A stretch of DNA of 64,000 nt from assembly GCF_009914755.1 (NCBI RefSeq), contig NC_060929.1; one strand, given 5' to 3'. The DNA is from the human T2T-CHM13v2.0 reference genome, Homo sapiens. The translations under genes and the position numbers were made by a program. The notes beneath the pieces are model-generated. The model saw nothing but the letters and a program-made list of their open reading frames with translations, ran no database searches and had not been told where the DNA came from. Shown here in pieces: positions 27,220 to 39,559 of this stretch. Each line of letters begins with the position of its first letter. The first letter of the stretch is position 1.

Positions 27220-28130
27220 GAAAAGGAAAATTCATGAATAATTATAGCACCCATGTGATTGTGTGGGCAGGGCAGGTGTTTTGGGACCCACAGGTGACCA
27301 TCATTGACTCCTCCTCCACTATTCAGTTTAGATTCCACTCACTCTCAGGTCCCACCTCTGTGCACCTTTGTGGCTGGGCCCAGATCATCCTCTCCAGGGG
27401 GGCAGGGCCTCTGGTCACCATGTCCTTCTCAGACCAGGATTGCTGACCCTGTCCACTGACAGTTACAATTGGGCAAGGGAGTAAAAAAGCACCCAGTGGG
27501 TTTCTCACATATTTCTCCTGCTCCCACGGTGAAACAGCAGCCCATTCTCTGCTGATGATCGGGGTCAGTCACCTCTACCTCTGTTCGTGCCCTGTGGTCC
27601 CTGGATACAAGGATCTTGAAATGCCTGACCAGAGAGCAGGGACATCACTAGAGCCCAAAATTCTGTGTCTATTTCAATCATGGCTCATTTCTTTTTCTGC
27701 ACAAGTTGATGCCAGGTATGACCCTTGAAACTGCCCTTTGGGAGAATTGTCCCTCGACGCTGTCTTTCAAGGCCACTGCTGATGAGGCTATATTGAAGCC
27801 ACCATCTATTTTTGGCTTACACCTACACACTGAGACACCCATCTGTAAAGCAAACTCAGGCTTTCCCTCTGTTTTCAGCTAGTTACACACTATGCCCCAC
27901 ACACTCATAAGCAGGAGCCAAGGCAGGGACTGTGTAACAGTGGTGGGTGCCGTGGGTCTGGGCTACCTGTTCATGCAGCTTGCTTGAGTATTTGGTCCCA
28001 CCTGTGTTTGATCCCAGATGTGTCACTCCCATCTTATTGCTGGGCCTGCCTGACCTTATGATGTGGTGGGTCTACAGGACCCAAACCATGATGGGTGGTT
28101 CAGGCTGCATGGTCACTTAGTGTCTTGTGC

Positions 28131-28252
28131 TTACTGTGATCAACAGTCTCAGTTTGCACAGAACTGGGGGGTTTCTTGTGACATCAGACTTTCAATGCTA
28201 AAACCGGAAAAGCTGGGAAGATCTTGGGCAAACCGGGATACATTGGTCAGAT
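28131..28252. mobile_element. hAT-Blackjack MITE (MER81/MER94-like) inside the ERVL
   Basis: gtgatcaacagtctcagtttgc...tgctaaaaccggaaaag...ggcaaaccgggatacattggtca, with degenerate TIRs. Confidence 0.65.
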
Positions 28253-31200
28253 GCTCTGTCTTTAGTGGGGCCTAGTTAATATGCCAGGAGTTCTATTTCA
28301 AAAGGTGTGTGATTCTCCTTTGAGCATAACATGGTTTAGCTGCAGAGCGTCAGAAGCCTGCATTGTTATTCTCCCACCAGGGTTTGCTATACACTTGATC
28401 TTAGCCAAAAGGCTGAGAAGCGATACTGGGGTTTGCCATAAATTCTTTGGAGTCATCCACCCAGATGTCCTTATTCCATGGGTCAAGGTCCCAAGTTTTC
28501 CCAACCAGAGCCCTGACCTTGGGTTAACAGACCTGTCTTGGTTGAGTCAGCCACTCTGACTTAAAGTCCTGGGCATGGTCCTTGGCTTTCCACATCCTCC
28601 AGCTGGAGGTGATGAGAGCTTCACTGCATGTAACTGAAGAGTCCCTGTGGCTTGCATTCCTGGCTTTCAGTTGCCTGTTGTTCATCTTCAGCTGTGCATT
28701 ATCTTTTTGGAGAGGATCAATGACACTTAGCAATAGCCATCCAATCCCACTCTCTTAATGTCTGCACCTTCTTAAGTGTCAAGCGTCCTGTAGATTTCTC
28801 TCACTAGTTCGTTCCCTTCTACTAACACACCATCCCAATTCGCAACTAATGAAAGTGTTAACAACAGGACCACCACCTGGTGCAGGGGCTGTCAGTACTC
28901 CACCTATCACCAGAAAAACAGGCCCTAATTGCCAGGCAGGTGGTGAGTGATTCAACTTCAAACTCTGTCTTATCTCCACCAGCTTTCTCAGCCCCCCTCT
29001 CACTGCCAAGTGTTGCAAGGCTGGCTGTCTAGAAGCAGTCACTGACACAGAGTTTGGGGAGCACAATACTTATTAGAGATTAATACCCATAAAAGGAAGA
29101 GAGAAGAGACAGGATTGGTCAGAGGAAGAAGGTGATCAGCAACACAGACCCACAAAGCTTTGGCTAACCTGGCAGGGCATTCTGGAATGAATATTCCCTA
29201 TCAGAGTCTCTTGCAGGCTTCCCTGGAGGAGCAAGACCAGCGAAATGGCTTCTGCAGCTGAAGCTGATGCTGGAGCTGATACTGGCTGCTAGCTTCACTC
29301 ACTCTCTGCAGCTGGCCCTACGTCCCTCTGGGAAGGGGGGTCTGCACAGCACATTTCCACACCGCCCACCTTCCCTCTCCTCAGACAACTCAGAAGACCT
29401 CATGAAACAGGGCAGTGGCATTGCACAGGATCCGATGTGGTCATTCCCTCCACCTAGGAGGACAAACTGAGCCCTCTGTGTTCCCACTATGTGGTAAGGG
29501 GGAAGATGGCAGGGAAGACCCAAAGAATAATTGTGTGTAAATTAGAGGGTAAAAGATAAAAGCACCACAACAACCTAGGAAGAAAAATGACAGCTTGCCC
29601 CTTTCCAGATATCTCTTCTATTGTCTTTTCTTCCCATCTTTTTCAGTCCAAACTCCACAATAAGAACACCAGGGCTCAGTTCCCCTAAATTTCTTGGAAT
29701 AGACTCAGATCTATCTGTATTAATCTTTCTTCCAGATTTCTGCCAGAAATGTTCAGTCAAATCATGATTGATCTTCCCTGTATTTGAAATCAAAGCTGGA
29801 AAAGAGAAATCTATTACTTGTCTATAAATGCCAGCCCTGGGAATCCCATCCTAGGCTCCATTTCCCGCCTAATCCCCTGACCATCTGGTACCTGCCCCCC
29901 CACGGACCATCCTGCAGGGAACTGACCCATTGTGTCATCCCTTTAGTGTGACCAGCCACTCAAACACACCAAGACCACTTTCAACAGGTCTACAACGTTG
30001 CATGCTTAAAAAGTTAAGAGCATTTAAAGTGCAAGTATTACTCTGAAAATGTTCCCTAATTAATAAATGTTCTACATTTTTATGTGAGAATGTTTAATAT
30101 TTAATTTTTCAATAATTTTATCATTTATAATTTATTAAATTTATTTTGCGGCTTGTATTTATTAAAAATTGATATACTTCCTATTTCTCTTACTCCAATG
30201 TTAGATTATTTTTATGCAAAATGGAAAAAAACCTGGTGCTTTTAAGTCACAGGATTTTTTTCTTAAAGCCTCAATTATGGCACATTAAGACTCCAATATT
30301 CTAGGCCCCCCCTTCTATATCTCTCCCAACATTTTCTTGATGGTTATTACACTTTTGTAGATCGGGGATCAGTGACCCTTCAGAAGCAGGGTAAGATGTT
30401 TAGGTTTTTTCCAGTGAGCTGGGAGTAGAGATTATTGCCGTTCTAAGTTTCATGTCATGGGAATGGTGTGGACTTAGAGCAGCCATGGTCCACATGCCAC
30501 TGAAAATTCAGAATCTGCATGAAGATGCGTTGAGTCAGGGATTGCTGACCCTCAGAGTTGACAGCACAAATGTCTTCAGTTTCCAGTCAGGTAATATAAA
30601 AGAAGGAGGTGATAGAAGTAGAGTTGGTGGTAAATGTCTCAACCTTTTGAAACTAAATGTTTTCAAAGAAATAAAACATGATTTATGTCTGTGATCTGGA
30701 TTCTGCCAGTTTGTGGCCTCTGCAAGAGAAGCCTTGAGACTTTAACTGAAGTCTCAATATAGGGCAATTTGTCCTCCTAGGTGGAGGGGATGCTATTATT
30801 AAACTTCTTTCCATAGTGTGGGTTATAGGCAGTTCAAGTTGTTATTAAGTTCAGGGGACCACAACGTGTGCTAAATGGAGGGGCATACTAGCATAAAATT
30901 CAGCAAGCACACAGCAGGTCCAGTTCATTCCATGCACAAATGTTTATTGAGCATTTACTATGGAAGGTGCCTGTGAGGTCAGCTGAAGAGAGAGGTTCAA
31001 GGGGTGAGAAGGGCTTGTCAGTGGAGTTGGCAGCATGAGCAACAGAGGGGAAGCATGACCTTTGAAACTCTGTAAATCACCAAAATTCTATGAATAAAAG
31101 CCCGTCAAACAGGGCTGTGAAGTGCTATGAAATACTGTGTTCAAAATATAATATAAAATCATTAATATCAAAATCTACCACTCATATTTAACATTATCTT

Positions 31201-32719
31201 AGGATGACTCGTGAAAGTGCCTTTTCACCACTACTGAACTAAGGGCATGGTCCACATCTGTTTTATCTTTGTTTCTTGACATCCTGCACAGTCCCTTGCT
31301 CATAGTAACTCTCATAAAGACAGGCCAAATGAATTAATGTTTATACCCAGATCATCTCTAGCTTGTAGGCTACTGGAAGATAGATTGGATGTCTTTTTAA
31401 TTAATGTGTCTTCCAAGGAACCTAGAGCAATGATTTGCATTGAAGGTGCTGACCAAATGCTGGTTTCCTTGAAGGGAACCCTTTGATACTCAATCCTATT
31501 TCTGATCCTCGCTCCCTCAGTGCCCTTCTCCCAACCTGGCAGTGCTGAGTGGGGTCTCCTTCAGTGCCAAACAGAGCTGTCTCCTGTAATCTAACTGCTG
31601 AGAGTCTGTAGCATTTTGATATAATGCATTAAAACATTTCCTCAGCCAAGTGTTTTACACAACATAAAATATTTTTCTATGCTAATGTTTCTTTTATTGA
31701 GTTTTTTTTTACAAAAAATTATCACACATTCTACAGATATTCAGCAACACTTACTCAACTGAAACACAAAATAAGATTACAGAAACAGCAAATACAGACA
31801 TTCTCTCAAATTAACCAGAAAAAAACATTGTTAGTGAGGAACAAACTCCACAACATCAATGGCAGCACAGCCCTGCCAAGGGTCTCTCTCATCATACGTT
31901 GTGTCGGTGGACACTCTTCAGGTGGCAGCACTGCCATCACTTTACCTGCTGACCCAGCAATCAAGACAGAGACTGAGCATTCCATGTCTCTGTTCTTAGA
32001 AGAGGGCTTATCCTGTAGCTCTAAGAGTCTATAAAGGAGACAGAAACACCAACACATTGTACAGCCCAAACCAAATGAGAGCAAGGAGGATATGAATCTC
32101 TTATGTAAATTCTGTAAGAGCTACTGCATTGAGAAGAACACTCTCCAATAGAAGAAATTGGAGAGAGCCTTCACCCTGGGGAAGGACCAGAATCTGAGCA
32201 AAAGGTGGTGAAGAGCTGTCAAAGGAGAGGGGATATTAAAGGACTGGTCATAGGGAGGAGAGTGTGAGAAGGAGGAGGAGTGAGGGAGGATGTCCAGGTA
32301 GGACATTGGTGAGGGAAGGTCCATGGTGGAGGAAGTGTGGGGAGGGGGGCACGTGGGTTGCATAGTGGGAAGTGAGGTCACGAGTTGTATATGGTGCTCA
32401 AGGAAGGCTTAGATTAAGTACACAAAGCTCAACTCTTTATACTTCAATTTGCAACTTCACATCACACCAGTTTGGTCCCTGTGAGTTAGAGGCAAAGGGC
32501 CAAGGAGACTACAGCCTCGCAGACAAGGTTAACAGCACTCGTGCATACAGGCAACCTATCTGGTCCTCACAAATCAGCCATGAATTAGCTATCATGGGTA
32601 TTTTTATTCGTAGTAGACCACTAAGGAGACCCAGGGTCAGGAAGTTTAAGTAGCTTGCAAAATGTTGCAATACACAGGAAGAAGGAGATCTGGGGGCTGG
32701 AATTCAGGTCTTCTGACCA

Positions 32720-33010
32720 CTCACTCATTGGGTTGCTCTCTTATTTCCTTTATATCTCTGTTCACATTTTACCCTCTTGGTGAGGGTTTCCCTGATTACC
32801 ATGTACAAGTAGTAACCCTCAATCCACATCCAGGCTTCCTTCCCTTCTTTCCCTGCCTTAACACTATGACCATCAGAAACTCAAATACTTACCTGTCTGC
32901 TTGTTTATTGCTTTTTCTCCTTTTCCCATTAAAATGTAAATGCAACACAAGCAGGACTTGTCTGTTCTATTCCCTACTGTATCCCCCAAACCTAGAACTG
33001 TGTCTAGCTG
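32720..33010 (+). mobile_element. L2 fragment (preceded by MIR ~32570-32720)
   Basis: gcaggacttgtctgttctattccctactgtatcccccaaacctagaactgtg, an L2 3' motif. Confidence 0.65.
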
Positions 33011-34599
33011 ATCCTCTTTTGACTGAGGATCAGTCCTGCTGAATCGTCTGCAGATTTTGTTCTGGTGCAGATTCTGATGCCTGGGATAGGGCATGTGAGG
33101 CTGATGTTGCTGGTCTGCAGACCATTCACCATGACATTGGCCAATTTGGTCTTCTTTGAGCTCTGAGGTAGGTGAAAATGGCCATTGAGGGAAAGCAGGG
33201 CCAGAGTGGAGGGCAATGGCTAAAGCGAATCTTCCATAGGTCCTTTCTATCTTCAGTAATTCCTCTATGATCTTGTGCATCTTGCATGTGTGATGTTTCT
33301 AAACTCCAAATAGGAACTAGCATTTATCTCGCTTCTATCCCACAGCACTTTGACAAAACAGCAAGTCTCAGATTCACCAAGCCTCCTTCATGAACATTTA
33401 GGGAGCTGCTCTGTAGCTGAAAACCTGGTTTAATTCCTAAGCATACCTTAAACACAGAAAAGCCTCAAAGGTTGCAGAAAAAGGAACCAAATCTCTCAAA
33501 CAGGGATTTTCTTTAGGGTCTGTTTGGCAAACACGTATGCTTCTTACTTTGAGGCAGGCCATGTCAGCAGTTTAATTTAGACATCAAATGAGAAACAATC
33601 TGTCTGGTATAACCTTTTGCCGGTGAAATGAACAGATTCTGAGCCATCTCCCAGAGAACACTCTCATTATCCTGGTCTCCGTGACATGGGACATATTGTC
33701 TCTTTTCTTGACTTGACCTTAACACATCACTGATGCAAAACATATTTCTAGTTTGAAAAATAGTCATCTAGAAAATAAAACCATTTTATCATCTCAACCA
33801 CAGTTCTGAGCCTCAGCACTGTCGAAAATGTGTTTTATTTGTACCATTGACTGCTTCCAGCCTCTTAAAAAATTAGGGAAATCTTTGTGAGCAGAGAGGT
33901 ACCTTGAAAAAATTGATGTCTTTCCATTCGAAACATAAGGTCAACAAATGAAGATGAGTGGGAACATAGACTCTGACTGGGGTCACAAAATATTCCTTTA
34001 AAATGAGGGATAAAGGGGGTTTTGTTTGTAACAGAGATTCATGATCAGAATTTTGAAAATTACAAGCTCTGTAACTCCTTAAGATAGTGAAAATATTATC
34101 TGCATCATGGAGAGGTTCAGTGGAATGAGGAGAGAAAAATGAGAGACGATTTAATTTAATGCAACATTTTCACAGATGAGGAGACAGTGGCCCCAGAGAG
34201 GGGGACTTGCCCAAAATACATAGCCTAGTTGGAAGAAGCAGGACTGGAATGCATGTCCTCCAGTTTTCAGGCTAATGGCCTCTCTACTTCACCACTTTCT
34301 TCCCTGAAAAGTCCAACATGATGGCTATACCTGTATTTATTGCTAGATTACTTATATGAGAGTCTCCTTGCATTTAAATTAGTTAGGATTAGCATCAACT
34401 ACTATTAATAGTGGCTGGAACAAGACAAAAATCTACCTGTTGCCAAAAGAAATGTACAATGTGGCTCTACATCAAATATGGGTTTTTTCACTGAAGAAGA
34501 AAAAGAATATGGGTATTGGGAGGCAAGGAGCTACCTACCTCTGCTAGTGTAGACAGTGTGTATGCAGTACTAAAAACACCAGGGTTTGGCATCTTTAAA

Positions 34600-37500
34600 A
34601 CCAATACATCAGGGATATGGTTCTGGCAGCTTGTATTAGACTAACCCTCCATAGATAACAATTCAACAGTTTGCTGACAGGGGGTGGTGTGGGGGTGGGG
34701 GGTGGCCTTCTTGAAGTCACTGGAGAACAACAAAAAGTGAGCAGCTATTGAAGGGGATTCGACCATTTAAAGAAAGGAGCCACACTTATTGGGTGAGATC
34801 CACTTTTATATGGCATTTCCCTTGAGGGTACTCCCCAGTCTAGAAGGTACTGGGAAGGTTAGAACCTGAGCAGAATGCTGCTATCTTACAGACTTGAAGG
34901 GTCAGGGAATGGATTTGGGGTTGTCCATGAGACTGGAAATTGGGTAGGGAAAATCCTAGAAATTAGAGACTAATCAGAATCTGCATATAAGCTTCCCACG
35001 AATCTTTTGCTGCCTCCTGTTCTGTGCATGCATGGGGGAGGTTATAGAGAGCCTGGTGGAAGCAGCAATTGGAAGGCTGAAAAAATTTAAAATGTAGTTC
35101 AGCTCTGCAGATGCTGGCAAGCAAGAGCTGGGGGTTTAGGTTCCTCCAGGTAACAGGGGGTTGGCTACTGTTTTCTCAAATATTTTTCTCCCCTATTCTT
35201 TTCTTCCTCTTTGTCTGGGATTCCAATTGCACATATATTAGACTGCTTGATATGGTACCACAGACTACTGAGACTTTGTTCTTTCCCTCATCCCCCAGCT
35301 TTTTAAGAAAAATCTTCATTCTTCAGATTGGATCATTTCTACTGCTATATATTCACATTCACTGACACTTTTTTCTGCCAACTTGCATTTGCTCTTAAGC
35401 CCATATTCAATGAATTTTCTATTTCAGATATTGTACTTTTCAGTTCTAGAATTTCCTTTTTTAAAAAAATATAGTTTCAATTTCTCTGCTGAGATTCCCC
35501 ATCTGTTCACTCGTTATGACCATTTTTTCCCTCAAAGTACTTGTACATATTTATAATAGTTTCTTTAAAGTACTTGTCTAATAATTCCAACATCTAGATC
35601 ATATCAGGTCTATTTCAATTGACTTTTCTTTTCTTGAAAATGGGTCAGATTTTTCCTTCACATATCTAGTAGTTTTTTTTTTAATTGTACAAAGGATTTG
35701 GAAGAGATTCTGGTTTCTGTTATCTTCCTTTGTATACTGTTGACTTTTTTCCATCAGGTAATTAAATTATTGGCTGATGATCTTAAACTTTTGAAGACTT
35801 AGTTCTCTGTGTTGTTAGAGAGAAACCACAGATAACCAAAGAAGGATGTTTTATTCACAGTAGAGGGTCTTACACTGCTTTCATTAAATATATTCCTTTG
35901 CATTGTATGCTCTTTGATGCTGCTATAAAGGTAGTTTACAAATTTTTTATTTTGAAGTTGTTCATTACTAATATATAGAAGTGCAACTTGTTTTTGCATA
36001 TTGTGTTTGTATCCAGTGACCTTGCTAAATTCACTTATTAGTTCTAAGTAATCATTTGAAAATTTCTGGAATTCTTTAATCTAAAAACTTATGTCATATC
36101 TGAAGACAGTGCTATATAAGTGACATTACTATAGATTCTACAAATATTAAAAAGATAATAAGGGATTATGTACAACTTTATGCCAATAAATTCTACAACT
36201 CAGATGCAGTGAAAAACTGACACAACAGAAAACAAACAATAGAAAACTTGCCTCCAGATAAACTCCAGGCCCACGTAATTTCACTGGGGAATTCTTTCAA
36301 ATATTTAAGAGATAAATTACCAATTTTACATAAACTTTCTCAGAAAATACAGAAATATTATGAGGCCACACTATAACAAAAGAAAATAAGTGAGAGAATC
36401 TCTATGATCATGTCAATCCAATTTCAAGAAATACTAAGAAGAAAATTTTCGGGACTAAAAAAATATTAGAAGAGACATATAAACATGAAGTAACAAAGAA
36501 TACCAGAAGTGGGAAATATAAGGATAGATATTAAATGACTAAGAAAACATTTGATGAAATGCAACACCCATTTATAATAAAAACCATGGACAAAGTAAAA
36601 ATAAAAGTGAATCTTTTTAGTTTTATAAAGGTAATCTACAAGACCCTACAGCTACGATCATACTTAATTGTGAAAGATTAAATGCTTTCCTCCTAAGATC
36701 AGGAATAAGCAGGTCAGCTCTCACCATTTCTATTCAATATTGTACTGGAGGTCATAGCCAGTGCAATAAAGCAAGTAAAAAAATAGTTATTGATATTAGA
36801 AAAAATAAGCACTGTCTTCGTATATGACATAAGTTTTTAGATTAAAGAATTCTAGAAATTTTCAAATAACTACTTAGAACTAATAAGTAAATTTAGCAAG
36901 GTCACTGGATACAAAGACAATATGCAAAAACAAGTTTCCCTTCTATTTATTAGTAATAAACAACTTCAAAAGAATTGTAAATTACATTTATAGCAGCGTC
37001 AAAGAGCATAAAATACATAGGAATACATTTAATGAAATCAGTGCAAGGCCTCTACTGTGAATAAAACATTGCTGAGAGTAATTAAAGAAGATTTTAATAA
37101 ATAAAGAAATAGATTTTGTTCATGGACTAGAAGGCTTAATATTGTTAAGATGTCAATTATCTCTAAATTAATCTAGGCATTGAAGCATATCTCAATCAGA
37201 ATTTTAATGGGCCTTTTTATTTTTAAAAAAGAGATTGTTCCTAAAATTTATATAGAAATTCAGAGGACCTAGTTTAGTAAAAAACAGTTGAAGATGAATA
37301 ATGTTGGAAGACTCATGCTACTGATTTAAAGGTTTTCTAGAAAGCTATAGTAATCAGGACAATGTGATATTGGCATAGAATAGACAAACGAATGACTAGA
37401 ATATGATGGAAAGTCCAGAAATATATCCACACATATATGGTCAACTTATTTACAAAAAAATTGCCAACATGATTGATTTTAGAAATATTAAACCACATTT

Positions 37501-38560
37501 GGGTTGTTACAAATTTTTTACTATTATAAATAAAGTAGCTATACATATTTTTGCATAACTCTTTTTGTAGGATATGTTTTCTTTTCTCTTGGGTAGATAC
37601 CTAGGACTGGAATTCCTGAGTCATAGATATGCATATAAACTTAGTTTCATCGAAAGTAATGGCAAAAACCGCAATTACTTTTGCACCAACCTAATACATG
37701 GTGCTAAAATGCAAACCTTACGTTAAGATAGATCAAAGACATAAACATACATTTCACAGAAGATGTAGGGATGAGTGATAAGCGCCTGAAAGAGGGCTTT
37801 AGCATCGTTAGTCATCAGGGAAAGGCAAGTAAATCTACACTGAGATATAACCATGTATTTTTAAAATGGCTAAATTTAAAAGACCAACAACACCAAATGC
37901 TGGTGAAGATGTAGAGTAATTGGAACTCTCTCACTCGTGGTACTGCTAGTAGTGGAAAATGGAACAACCACTTTAAAAACAAGTTTGCTGGTTTTTTATA
38001 AAGGTCTATATTTATATGCACATTTATGACTCAGGAATTACACTCCTAGGTATTTACCCAACAGAAAAGAAAACTTATATCCTATAAAAAGAGTTATGCA
38101 AAAATACATATAGCTGCTTTTGTAACCACTAAAAAAAATTTGTAACAACCCAAAATGTCTATAAACAAGAGAATGATAAATGAATTGTGATACATTTATA
38201 TAATGGCATACTTCTCAGCATCAATTGATAGAACAAAAAAATCACATGAGAGAAGGAAGTCTCACACAAAGAATGCATACTGTTTGATTTCATTTATAAG
38301 ATGTTCAATAACAAGCAAAAGAAACATGTGATAGAAATCACAACAATGATTGCCTGTGGTGGCACAAGGAAATTAGAGAAATTTCTGGGGTGGTGTATAC
38401 ACACACACATACACACATACGATGTATTCTTTGTTTTATATATGTTGCATAGCTTGTTTGGGGTGTTTATCACACAAATCTATAGATTCATCAAAATGCA
38501 GAGAACTGTAGTATATGTGTATTTTACTATAGGTAAATTATACCTCAACTGAAAAAAGAT
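34600..38560. mobile_element. Rearranged old L1M element (alternating + and - segments)
   Basis: 5'UTR-like (+, ~34600-35160), ORF1-region (-, ~35170-35800), ORF2 piece (-, 35846-36113), ORF2 (+, ~36120-37470), 3' piece (-, 37495-37639), 3' part (+, ~37700-38560). Confidence 0.75.
37648..37696. mobile_element. Half MADE1 (Hsmar1 mariner TIR)
   Basis: catcgaaagtaatggcaaaaaccgcaattacttttgcaccaacctaa followed by TA; only one TIR present. Confidence 0.9.
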
Positions 38561-38746
38561 GTTACTTTTTAAGACATTATTTTTTCTACTATGTGGGTAT
38601 ATGTTTTGGCCTAAGTAGATGCAGTAAAATTCCTTTTAGCATGCTCAGAACAGCTAGTTGGTTATTTAATTTTAAAAGCTAACTAAAAATCATTAAAAAG
38701 GTATGTATGTACACACATATTTTAATATTTTATCTTTCATACAAGA

Positions 38747-38748
<2 letters not shown>

Positions 38749-38796
<48 letters not shown>
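38749..38796. repeat. (AT)24 microsatellite
   Basis: 24 uninterrupted AT units flanked by gc on both sides. Confidence 0.98.
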
Positions 38797-38799
<3 letters not shown>

Positions 38800-39559
38800 T
38801 TCATTGCTAATCTTTTGATATATGGCCAAGGCCTTTGCTTTTTGATTTGTGTTCCACATTGTCATTCTTGTATAAACCATCTCTGTAACATATTATCTAT
38901 GATTTCTAGTCTCAATTTCTTTAAAAAGGAGTAAGAAATTAAAGCATTCTTGAAGCAATATAAATGGAAAATCTTCCTAGGTTTTTATACATTTTTTCAC
39001 ATCCTATGTCTTATGTGCCCTACAATTAATTTGACAGATTTTTTTGTGACTTGCCTTTCATCTAGATTTCCAAAGCATTCAACTTTGTTTTCATAGCAGA
39101 GGAATGACAACTCTCTTTTTTTCATTCTTATTTCATTGGGTTACATGATATTCAATTAAATTACATTATCACAATAACCGTACAATCTTGCATTGAAGCA
39201 TGGCTCAGATCCCTGTAGCTTCTCATTTAAACTCAAGGTAATAACCTCCTTCCATACATCAAGATGTAATAAAGTCAGAGAAGGTGAAAGGGCAAGAAAG
39301 CTTCATCTTTTAAACTTTTAAACCTCTTGAAGAGTCCCTTGCTTTCCTTGCCCTTTTTGCATAGTTTTTGCTCCAACAGCTATAATCCACAGTGAAATTA
39401 TGGCAATCCTTTTAACTCTTTCCTGTCTATATTATTTCTTTCTTTGCAACATAATGTAAACTGTTAGTTTAAAGGAATTTATAAACATTATAACCTAAGT
39501 GGCCGGCTAACATACAAAATAATACCCAGTTTTTAAATATTCAGGAGAACACAGATTAA

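Larger units (their letters stand above)
26345..29368 (-). mobile_element. ERVL-class (LTR16/ERV3-16A3-like) deleted provirus with both LTRs
   Basis: Two similar LTR16-like segments (~26345-26789 and ~29008-29368) in the same orientation. On minus a PPT-like aaagggtggg precedes TGTAGTGGAC at 26789. Gag-like peptide LSVIDPLQKDNAQLKMNNRQLKA...EALITSSWRMWKAKDHAQD at 28524-28733. Confidence 0.7.
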
